DNA of 64,000 bases, taken from positions 121 to 64,120 of the forward strand of contig CAXGWU010000011.1 of NCBI GenBank assembly GCA_964013565.1, read 5' to 3'. Below are positions 1 to 6,654 of this stretch, piece after piece. Each line of letters begins with the position of its first letter. The stretch's first letter is position 1. Under the pieces are notes generated by a model, which saw only the letters and a program-made list of their open reading frames with translations, was not told where the DNA came from and made no database searches. The DNA is from an uncultured Oligoflexia bacterium (GTDB lineage: Bacteria; Bdellovibrionota; UBA1018; UBA6935). A program made the position numbers and the translations under genes.

Positions 1-135
1 TCAATGGTTTATCAATATTTTTGATTTTTCAGATTCTTTGAAAGATACGAGCGTTTCTGAGTCTGTCTCTAAAGAAACACCTTCACTTAAAGATCAAAAA
101 AGTGAAAGAAAAGTTAGAGCAGGAGCTGCACAATA
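1..135 (+). CDS. 3' end of an ORF that begins upstream of the window (unknown product)
   Basis: Open frame from position 2 to the TAG at 133-135 (…SVSESVSKETPSLKDQKSERKVRAGAAQ*). No recognisable motif. Confidence 0.2.
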
Positions 136-235
136 GCTTTTTTTGAAAGAGTGATTTAGTTTTTCTTATTTGTATAGGGCAGAAATTACTACCTAAAAAC
201 TGAGGTAAAAGAGACTTCAACTCATCTCAATCAAT

Positions 236-484
236 ATGCGACTTTTACAACGGAAGCTTGTCAGTGCTGCCATCATTGAGGCTCTGTTTGAGGCGGATTA
301 CGATACTTTCAAGGGGGGGCATTGCCATCTTACTAGTATGCTGAGATCACGGCTCGAACGGGTCTTTCTAAGAGTACCCTCTACCGGATGTGTGAACCCG
401 ATTCTAATCCTACTCTTGAAAATATCGGTAAGGTACTCAGCTATATCAATGATCTGTATTTGGCTGAGGCGGCGTAGTGCATAA
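236..484 (+). pseudogene. Frameshifted paralogue of the HI1420/TIGR02684-type addiction-module antidote gene at 4159-4485
   Basis: Nucleotides 270-480 align to 4262-4495 at roughly 90% identity. This copy has a G7 run where the intact copy has GGGGT, plus an ~11-nt deletion near 335. The conserved ARTGLSKSTLYRMCEPDSNPTLENIGKVLSYINDL segment is therefore read out of frame; restoring the frame recovers it. Confidence 0.6.
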
Positions 485-707
485 ACGAGATAAACTTCGA
501 CAACGGGAATTCAAAATTAAACCGAGGTCTTTTCGCAAGATGAAGTGATTTCCACATCTTCCGTGCGTTTAATACTGTGAATTGGGGGTCGGGGTTGAGC
601 ATTATGCGCTAAAAATGCTTCTTTAGACGACTTTCTCCATGATTTACTGTTGGAGGCTTGCCAGTCGTGACGGATTGGGGTATCAGCGGGCCAAGGAGAA
701 AATACTT

Positions 708-1118
708 ATGATTCGTTACTTGGTTCCGCTACTAGTGATTATTTCGAATTCAGCGATTGCTGAAGACGCTTGCCGCGACCTCAAAATGGAACTCAAGAGC
801 CCCGATTGCCAGCGGTCCACTTGTACTGATGTACAAAGACTTCCTGAGCTAATTCAGGTCTACCGAATCGATCGTAAAAGTGACCAGGAAGTAAAGATCG
901 GTTATTTGAACTCTGGGAAGTTAACAAACAAGTATAAATTTTGTGACGACCAGGATGCAGGTTTAGTGTTCTATTTTTACAATGTTTGGGGCGAGTCCCT
1001 TGCAATCGAAGACGTGAACGCTGATTTTGTGGTGTCTGGGCCATCGTCTGGTGAGTTCGATATATATCTGCCTCTTCGCTACAGCGATGCCGTTTATCGA
1101 ATGACAGTTCGGCGATAG
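708..1118 (+). CDS. Hypothetical secreted protein
   Basis: ATG at 708 with AAGGAG 9 nt upstream. N-terminal signal-peptide-like MIRYLVPLLVIISNSAIA. No family recognised. Confidence 0.45.
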   Translation: MIRYLVPLLVIISNSAIAEDACRDLKMELKSPDCQRSTCTDVQRLPELIQVYRIDRKSDQEVKIGYLNSGKLTNKYKFCDDQDAGLVFYFYNVWGESLAIEDVNADFVVSGPSSGEFDIYLPLRYSDAVYRMTVRR

Positions 1119-1175
1119 TCAGCGCATTTCTGAAAATTCTCTTCAAGCAGTATTCTTTCGCTGTGGCTCAGCGAC

Positions 1176-1250
1176 GACCATCAGTTTTCTTGGCTACATA
1201 ACATCGGATTATTAGACGCGTCATCGTGTTGCAAGAGTTCCCAATCTTGA
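1176..1250 (+). repeat. HigB-like toxin gene fragment, imperfect copy of 3500-3570
   Basis: Shared blocks tttctt(g/c)gct..ataacatcgga-N18-tgttgcaagaRttccca with identical 18-nt spacing. The frame that gives ITSDRFPHHNVARIPIA in the other copy gives ITSDY*TRHRVARVP here, with an in-frame stop. Confidence 0.45.
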
Positions 1251-1254
1251 AAAA

Positions 1255-1743
1255 CTATGCTGCTCTTGCGGTCCAGCCACCAGACGTTGGACTCAGCACC
1301 ATCTTACGCAGCAATTGCCTAGACTCTAAAGCTTTACTCAGCGTTTCAACCGAGTAATCATGATTTTTTCGATTCAGAAGAGCCATGTGTCGCAATAGAC
1401 TGTCGACCGAAAGTGGTATATCAACCTTTTTGTTTTCCCATCTTGAGACGGTTTCGGGAGTCACTCCCAGTCGCATTGCAAAGTCTTTTCCGGATAGACC
1501 AAGATATGTTCTCAAAAATCTAAATTCAGTATCATTTAGCCTAGATTTTTTAGTTACAAGTAGTCGTGCGATTTCTCTATGAAGGATCTCAATACTGGGA
1601 ATCTCTGCTTCTATAGCGCCACATTCGCCACAGCTCCACACATTAATCTTAGAGAGATAAACATTACTCAGCCCACATTCGATATAATGGTAACTTTGGG
1701 ATTTAGAGTTTTTTATTTTTGCGCCACATTCCGAACAGTTCAT
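1255..1743 (-). CDS. MqsA/YgiT-like antitoxin: N-terminal zinc ribbon plus C-terminal XRE helix-turn-helix
   Basis: CSECG…CGECG pair of CxxC motifs. C-terminal segment LNDTEFRFLRTYLGLSGKDFAMRLGVTPETVSRWENKKVDIPLSVDSLL matches the YgiT HTH layout. GGAGG 9 nt upstream of the internal ATG at 1743, which is the preferred start; the ORF track extends to 1770. Confidence 0.6.
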   Translation of the reverse strand: MNCSECGAKIKNSKSQSYHYIECGLSNVYLSKINVWSCGECGAIEAEIPSIEILHREIARLLVTKKSRLNDTEFRFLRTYLGLSGKDFAMRLGVTPETVSRWENKKVDIPLSVDSLLRHMALLNRKNHDYSVETLSKALESRQLLRKMVLSPTSGGWTARAA

Positions 1744-1817
1744 TTTCTCTTCCTCCAACCAGTGATACATCTAATCCAATCACGCTCCAGAAATTCAATT
1801 TTCAATTTAAACTTCTT

Positions 1818-2129
1818 CTAAGCCACTTCGACTTTGACGTCGATTTGTGGGTAGATGACATTGAGATACTTGATGAGGCGATCCGTCGTGAACTCGTCGA
1901 ATTGATAGCGAAGAATCTTGCTCATCAGGGCTTCGTCAATCCCGATTTTTGAAGCGAGTTCTTTTTGGCTGATCTTGTGCTCATTTTTGTAAATGACGAA
2001 CTTTTCACAAAGGCGGTACTTTGTTCGATCGACGGGAGAAGCATCCTTGGGGAGAGGGCGCGAAGCTAGACCTTGGTCGAGTTCTTTTCTTACGATTTCA
2101 AGTTCTTCATCAGTGGGAAACTTTGTCAT
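1818..2129 (-). CDS. XRE-family HTH protein (putative antitoxin/regulator)
   Basis: HTH segment ISQKELASKIGIDEALMSKI. ATG at 2129 preceded by GGAAAG. The gene lies immediately downstream of a 100-aa ORF, a toxin-antitoxin-like layout. Confidence 0.45.
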   Translation of the reverse strand: MTKFPTDEELEIVRKELDQGLASRPLPKDASPVDRTKYRLCEKFVIYKNEHKISQKELASKIGIDEALMSKILRYQFDEFTTDRLIKYLNVIYPQIDVKVEVA

Positions 2130-2131
2130 CT

Positions 2132-2434
2132 TTACTTTCCTTTCGTCACTCGGAAGGCGTTTACAACCCCAAGGTAATCGTCGTGGATACACATGACGAT
2201 TACCAGACGGTACGGCTTCGACTCTAGGAGTACGGGCTCCACTCGAAAGTATTCGAAGCCATCGTGCTCGCGCTCAATGAGATACGTCCCACCGTCGATT
2301 TCTTTCACCAAATCGAGAATGAGGTTGTCATTGATGTCCGGGTGATTTTCTCGATAATGCTGGTCGATGATTATCCGATTCAGCGGACGTCCGTTGATGT
2401 GAAGCGATGCTGGGTATTCGTTCCGCTGAGACAC
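2132..2434 (-). CDS. Small protein of unknown function, first gene of a TA-like pair (putative toxin)
   Basis: 100-aa ORF ending 2 nt before the HTH gene start. No family recognised. A near-palindrome lies just upstream. Confidence 0.35.
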   Translation of the reverse strand: MSQRNEYPASLHINGRPLNRIIIDQHYRENHPDINDNLILDLVKEIDGGTYLIEREHDGFEYFRVEPVLLESKPYRLVIVMCIHDDYLGVVNAFRVTKGK

Positions 2435-2441
2435 AAAATCA

Positions 2442-2457
2442 GAATAGATAAAGTTGA
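2442..2457. promoter_or_regulatory. Near-perfect 16-bp palindrome (candidate operator) upstream of the 2434 minus-strand operon
   Basis: ttgataaatttgtcaa: the half-sites ttgataaa and tttgtcaa are reverse complements with one mismatch. Located in the divergent intergenic region 2435-2713. Confidence 0.3.
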
Positions 2458-2713
2458 TAAATTTGTCAATTTTTAATAAATTGAATTAATATCAATATGT
2501 TATATCGGTCTAAAACTGCTTTTTTCGATATTTCCACTTCTTGCGCTTTTGATTACATTGAATTTGGAGTCAGGTTTGAGCGTTATTTACAAAGCAAAAC
2601 GGATTTTTGACGAACCACATCCTTGCGAAATAAGAGCGGATATATTTGTAAAAGATCAGGATCCTCAACGCTTGACTATAAAGCTTGGTAAGTCAAATAC
2701 CGATGATTGATTG

Positions 2714-3415
2714 ATGAGGAATGCTCTCATATCTGTAGCTTTAGCCTTTGTACTGACCGTGCCCGGAGCTTGTGCGGGGCTCATCGATTGCATTCTCGGT
2801 ACTAGGAAATCCGTAGATGCAGACAGAAAAAAACTAGTTTCGACCCTAAGCAGTAGGAATTTAAAGAAAGAAGTTCTGCAACTATTTCGTGCTGACGAAA
2901 AGCAGCTAATCGATTCGATCGGATCGTTTCCCACCAGAGCCCAATTCAACAACATGGCAGACGGATCGATTGTTTATTTTAACGGTCACTACTACGTAAG
3001 AAACGGGCAGAGAATCAAAATGGTTACAGAAGGAGATGTCCTAAAAGAGAGCTTTACCGGAAAAATTCGGGTAACGATGCTGACTCATGATAGAGCAGGA
3101 GGAGCAAGAATTGGATTCGAGCTCTTTAGGGAGAATGAAACTAAAGGTTTGGGTACCTACCGATCTATTCACGACCTTTTCCCGGACGACTTGATACCTC
3201 CATTTGAGAAATTGGGAACAAATTATGAAGATGCATCGGCCCTTCGAATTAAACAATTAGAATCCTTACTTCAAAGGGCGAGTGATTTCAAAAAAGAGCT
3301 TAACGCGACTGGCGTGTATCGCTTGCAAGGAGAAGCTGCGCGTTCGAATGTACTTCCTGCCGATATCGACCCACTGATTGATAGCATTTATTCTGAGCTG
3401 TCCCGTACCCCGTGA
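2714..3415 (+). CDS. Hypothetical secreted protein
   Basis: Signal peptide MRNALISVALAFVLTVPGACA. No family recognised. Confidence 0.45.
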   Translation: MRNALISVALAFVLTVPGACAGLIDCILGTRKSVDADRKKLVSTLSSRNLKKEVLQLFRADEKQLIDSIGSFPTRAQFNNMADGSIVYFNGHYYVRNGQRIKMVTEGDVLKESFTGKIRVTMLTHDRAGGARIGFELFRENETKGLGTYRSIHDLFPDDLIPPFEKLGTNYEDASALRIKQLESLLQRASDFKKELNATGVYRLQGEAARSNVLPADIDPLIDSIYSELSRTP

Positions 3416-3499
3416 GAGTTGATTTTTTAGAGTAATGTAGAGACCTCTTTCTTTACGAAAAGAAGTTCAGCCTACGTTTTGAATCGTTGAGGATCATCA

Positions 3500-3686
3500 A
3501 ATTTCTTCGCTCTATAACATCGGACCGGTTTCCACATCATAATGTTGCAAGAATTCCCATCGCCTAGAAGCACTACGAGGTGATTTAAAGGGGCTCCATA
3601 ACATTCGAATCAATGATCAGTGGAGAGTTATTTTTAAGTGGACCGACAAAGGTCCCGTAGAAGTTTATATTGATGACTGCCATTAG
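3500..3686 (+). pseudogene. higB: HigB (plasmid-maintenance killer, RelE/ParE superfamily) remnant: frameshifted N-terminal part and in-frame C-terminal part, no start codon
   Basis: Frame 0 from 3543 to the stop at 3684-3686 encodes LEALRGDLKGLHNIRINDQWRVIFKWTDKGPVEVYIDDCH. This matches the HigB C-terminus (LHPLKGDxxGxWSxxVxxNWRIxFxFxxGDAYxxDYxDYH). The +1 frame upstream reads …ITSDRFPHHNVARIPIA*. There is no ATG, and about 15 codons are missing between the two segments. Confidence 0.6.
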
Positions 3687-3698
3687 GAAAATACGGTT

Positions 3699-3989
3699 AT
3701 GGAAATGAAAAGAATGCCAACCACTCCTGGAGGGATATTAAAAGAAGAATTTTTAATTTCTCTTGAAATGTCACAAAAAGAACTCCCTGACCATGTGGGG
3801 TGTGACGTCAAAGTTATCAATCGAATCGTTAATGATCGTACCTCTATCACTGCAGAAATGGCTTTGAGGTTAGGGGCTGCTTTTAGTATGTCTCCCCAGT
3901 TTTGGTTGAATGCACAGCAAGCAGTTGATATTTATCGGGCCTCGAAAGTGCTCAAAGCACTCCCTAAACCTCTTAGTAAAGTTGGTTGA
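3699..3989 (+). CDS. higA: HigA antitoxin (XRE HTH; addiction-module antidote)
   Basis: MEMKRMPTTPGGILKEEFLISLEMSQKELPDHVG…ITAEMALRLGAAFSMSPQFWLNAQ matches the HigA family pattern (PxHPGEILxEEFLxPLGxSQxxLAxxxGV…ITxxxALRLxxxFGxSxxFWLNLQ). The gene immediately follows the HigB remnant. Confidence 0.7.
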   Translation: MEMKRMPTTPGGILKEEFLISLEMSQKELPDHVGCDVKVINRIVNDRTSITAEMALRLGAAFSMSPQFWLNAQQAVDIYRASKVLKALPKPLSKVG

Positions 3990-4220
3990 AACAACTCGAT
4001 GCTCGGCTAAAGAACGTGGAGCTTCACAACTATTTTGGCGATCACAAGCCCCTGGGCGATGGATTGCTTGAGTTATAAGTGGAAGAATGGAAGGCGTGTT
4101 TACTACACGCTGATCGTAAAGAAGGAAGTGACCTTGGTTTTACTGGGAGGACTAAAAAATGCCCAAGAAAAAGATATCAAAAAAGCGCGCAAAATCCTCA
4201 AAAGAGAAACCTCAAGCTAA
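3990..4220 (+). pseudogene. HI1419/TIGR02683-type addiction-module killer protein, N-terminally truncated and frameshifted
   Basis: Frame A 3990-4046 reads LKQLDARLKNVELHNYFGDHKPLGDGLLEL*. The frame of 4035-4220 continues …SYKWKNGRRVYYTLIVKKEVTLVLLGGLKNAQEKDIKKARKILKR. Joined, they match the killer consensus ([36 protein letters not shown]…VLLLxGGDKxxQxxDIKxAxxL). The first ~30 aa are absent because the gene begins directly at the higA stop, and there is a frame break near 4046. Confidence 0.6.
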
Positions 4221-4485
4221 GGGGTACAAAGCAGGAACGGATGTCTCGATCGATGGCCTAAAGGACGCTATTATTGAGGCTCTATTTGAGGCAGATTACG
4301 ATACCTTCAAGGGGTGCATTGCCATCTTACTAGATAAGCGCGACTACGCTGAGATCACGGCTCGAACGGGTCTTTCTAAGAGCACCCTCTATCGGATGTG
4401 TGAACCCGATTCCAATCCCACTCTTGAGAATATCGGTAAGGTACTCAGCTATATCAATGATCTGGATTCTGCTGACGCTGCGTAG
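4159..4485 (+). CDS. HI1420/TIGR02684-type addiction-module antidote protein (HTH)
   Basis: DAIIEALFEADYDTFKGCIAILLDKRDYAEITARTGLSKSTLYRMCEPDSNPTLENIGKVLSYI matches the family pattern (AAYLxAALEDGDPxLxxxALGDIARARGMSxLAxxTGLSRESLYKALSxxGNPTxxTxLKVLxALG). The ORF is intact. The true start may lie downstream of the K-rich N-terminal extension. Confidence 0.65.
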   Translation: MPKKKISKKRAKSSKEKPQAKGYKAGTDVSIDGLKDAIIEALFEADYDTFKGCIAILLDKRDYAEITARTGLSKSTLYRMCEPDSNPTLENIGKVLSYINDLDSADAA

Positions 4486-4545
4486 CGTATAGTTCCACTT
4501 CTCGATAGTTATTTTGTAAGGTAAAAAGTGCCTGATTTCGCCATT

Positions 4546-4569
4546 TTTGATATATATTGACATATATCA
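4546..4569. promoter_or_regulatory. Inverted repeat (9 bp arms, 6 bp spacer): candidate operator or promoter element of the RelE-like/antitoxin operon
   Basis: ttgatatat-attgac-atatatcaa lies 23 bp upstream of the GTG of the RelE-like pseudogene. AT-rich TATA-like context. Confidence 0.4.
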
Positions 4570-4591
4570 AAATATATCATATTCTAATCTG

Positions 4592-4872
4592 GTGAAATGG
4601 ACGGTCAAGGTTTCCAAGAAGGCTGCAAAGCAGCTTAGGAAACTCCCTGAGAATATTCAACGGAAGATGTACGGCCTTGGCCAAAGAAATTGAAGCCAGT
4701 GGACCCGTCCAAGGTTCATGGCCCAACTACTCCAAGCTCACGGGTGGATAGACACCACTGTCATCTCAGTTACGCTTATGTGGCGGTCTGGGAGGTGGCG
4801 AGCAAGGAGATAAGACTTATTGAGGTGACATATGTCGGTAGCAGTAAAGACGCGCCGTGCTGAAAAAAAAAT
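4592..4872 (+). pseudogene. RelE/ParE-family toxin gene disrupted by at least three frameshifts
   Basis: Three different frames give successive segments: (V)KWTVKVSKKAAKQLRKLPENIQRKM…, then …LAKEIEASGPVQGSWPNYSKLTGG*, then …DRHHCHLSYAYVAVWEVASKEIRLIEVTYVGSSKD. Together they match RelE (MKWTVxFSKKAxKxLxKLPxxIQxKIxxAIEELAxxPxPxGxKKLTGxxxLYRIRVGDYRIIYEIDDExKxIYILxIGHR). Confidence 0.65.
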
Positions 4873-4879
4873 GGTTGAA

Positions 4880-5221
4880 GTTCGCATTGGGAATAAGCGT
4901 CCTCGACTTTATTTGGTTCCTCAAAGTAAGACACGAGGAATTGAATCTTTGCTTTCTGAATACTTAGCGGAAGAAAACGAATCCGTTTCGCTTGATGATG
5001 CCTTTCAACATCTCAACGATAAGTATTCTAAGCAGGGCAATGTCTTGTGCGGACTTCGCCTAAAGAAAGGGCTCACTCAGGCGGCCCTCGCCAAGAAGGT
5101 CGGTACCTCGCAAGCGAATATTGCCGCGATGGAGAATGGAAAGCGGGCTATAGGAAAAGCCATGGCACAAAAGCTAGCAAATGCGCTGGGAACGAAATAC
5201 AGCGTATTCTTGAATCGATGA
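4880..5221 (+). CDS. XRE-family HTH antitoxin (HigA-like), partner of the decayed RelE-like gene
   Basis: HTH segment LRLKKGLTQAALAKKVGTSQANIAAMENGKRAIGKAMAQKLANALG. ATG at 4880 lies directly after the toxin stop; the ORF track starts at 4832 and overlaps the toxin remnant. Confidence 0.55.
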   Translation, partial: VRIGNKRPRLYLVPQSKTRGIESLLSEYLAEENESVSLDDAFQHLNDKYSKQGNVLCGLRLKKGLTQAALAKKVGTSQANIAAMENGKRAIGKAMAQKLANALGTKYSVFLNR

Positions 5222-5769
5222 AATTCGTATTTCGTATGCCTCACATGAACCCTAAAGTTGCATTTTGGTTCTGGCTTTTTGTGTCTGGATTTGTGGGCGG
5301 ACTTCTCCATGAGGTTGGTCATTACATAGCAGGCCTGTTATTTGGACTTGAACCTACTCTAGCGTTTCAAAGCGGAGGTACCGTCGATTACAAGGTACCT
5401 CCTCAAGGTTTGATTGAAGTGGGCGCGCTGATGGCTGGACCTGTTTTTACATGGATCACAGCACTTTTCAGCTTTTTCCTTCATAAATCATTTAAGTGGA
5501 TTGGCTTTTTGTCCTTTGCACTTTGGAATGGATTATTTCGGCTCAGTGTTTTGATTGACGGACAGCGATCTGACGAAGGGAAGACATCTACCTTACTTGG
5601 CACACCATTTCTCTTTGAGGGAATCGCTGTTGGTATTTCGCTTGGATTGTGTGTCTGGTTTTTACGGCATCAGAAAATCGTTTCTAGCAATCTTCGCTGG
5701 TTGCCAGTGTATTTCATTGTGGCTGGTCTAGGTTTTCGTCTTTCATTTGACCTGTTCGCACTTTTTTGA
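5218..5769 (+). CDS. Polytopic membrane protein with HExxH motif (putative membrane metalloprotease-like)
   Basis: The ATG at 5218 overlaps the antitoxin TGA as ATGA, suggesting translational coupling. LLHEVGHYIAGLLFG contains HExxH. Several hydrophobic helices follow. The longer ORF track start at 5047 overlaps the antitoxin and was rejected. Confidence 0.45.
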   Translation: MKFVFRMPHMNPKVAFWFWLFVSGFVGGLLHEVGHYIAGLLFGLEPTLAFQSGGTVDYKVPPQGLIEVGALMAGPVFTWITALFSFFLHKSFKWIGFLSFALWNGLFRLSVLIDGQRSDEGKTSTLLGTPFLFEGIAVGISLGLCVWFLRHQKIVSSNLRWLPVYFIVAGLGFRLSFDLFALF

Positions 5770-5853
5770 CGAAGTTAGCGTTAAATTCCCATTCCCTACA
5801 GAAACGAGAGATATGAGAAGGTACCTAGATGCTATCGGAGTTCGAAGAGAGAT

Positions 5854-6651
5854 TTAGTCCTTCTCAGCTACTCTCGCAGCGGTTTCAAGCAAACTTAAAA
5901 AACTGTGAGCAGAAAGACTGGCTCCACCGACAAGACCTCCATCGATGTTGGGGCACTCTAAAAGTTCTTCGAAATTTTCTGGTTTTACACTTCCTCCATA
6001 AAGGATGGATGTTCGACCAGAAGCTTCTATTCCGAATCGGTCCCAGAGGTTTTTTCTTAAAAGTTGGTGAGCTTCTTCAGCTTGCCTAGGAGAGGCGGTG
6101 AGTCCTGTTCCAATCGCCCAAACGGGTTCATATGCAATGACAAGGGTTCCATTTAAATAGGGGATCATTGATTCTGAAATACATTCGTTCATTTGGTTTT
6201 CAAGAACTGTTTTTGTTTGTCCTGATTCTCTCTCTTTTTGTGTTTCTCCAACACAAAGGATGACCCGAAACCCATTTTTAAGTAGATGAAGAGTTCGATT
6301 CTGCACACTTTGATTTGTTTCTCCAAAGTACTGACGTCTTTCAGAATGACCTGTCAGTGACCAATGGATTCCAATTTCTTTTAAGGCAGTCGTTGAAACT
6401 TCTCCTGTAAATGCACCGTGATCTTCCCAGTGCGTGTTTTGAGATCCAATTTCTAGAGATGAGCCTTTTTCGTTTTGGGCAGTCATTAAACTTAAAAAAG
6501 ACGGAAAAATTAAACTCGTTACTGGAGATGATTGCAAGGTTGGGATGAGTGGATGTTCATTGACCGTTCTTAGAAAAGAAGAAGTATCTGCATTGGTCTG
6601 ATTCATCTTCCAGTTTCCAGCGACAATAATTCCTCGCGAATGTTGATTCAT
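5854..6651 (-). CDS. tpiA: Triosephosphate isomerase
   Basis: IVAGNWKMNQT motif and catalytic-loop region. Last gene of a gap-pgk-tpi operon. Confidence 0.9.
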   Translation of the reverse strand: MNQHSRGIIVAGNWKMNQTNADTSSFLRTVNEHPLIPTLQSSPVTSLIFPSFLSLMTAQNEKGSSLEIGSQNTHWEDHGAFTGEVSTTALKEIGIHWSLTGHSERRQYFGETNQSVQNRTLHLLKNGFRVILCVGETQKERESGQTKTVLENQMNECISESMIPYLNGTLVIAYEPVWAIGTGLTASPRQAEEAHQLLRKNLWDRFGIEASGRTSILYGGSVKPENFEELLECPNIDGGLVGGASLSAHSFLSLLETAARVAEKD

Positions 6652-6654
6652 GAT

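Noticed and set aside
793-1146. 117-aa minus-strand ORF overlapping the 708-1118 secreted-protein gene
   Set aside because: It is antisense to an ORF with a good RBS and signal peptide, and has no recognisable features. Likely a shadow ORF.
4035-4261. ORFs 4035-4220 and 4079-4261 as independent small genes
   Set aside because: The first is the in-frame C-terminal portion of the decayed HI1419-type killer gene and is annotated as a pseudogene. The second is an alternative frame of the same region without support.
5047-5217. Long N-terminal extension of the 5047-5769 ORF (MRTSPKERAHSGG…)
   Set aside because: It overlaps the antitoxin gene in another frame. The hydrophobic protein proper begins at the ATG at 5218, which overlaps the antitoxin stop as ATGA.
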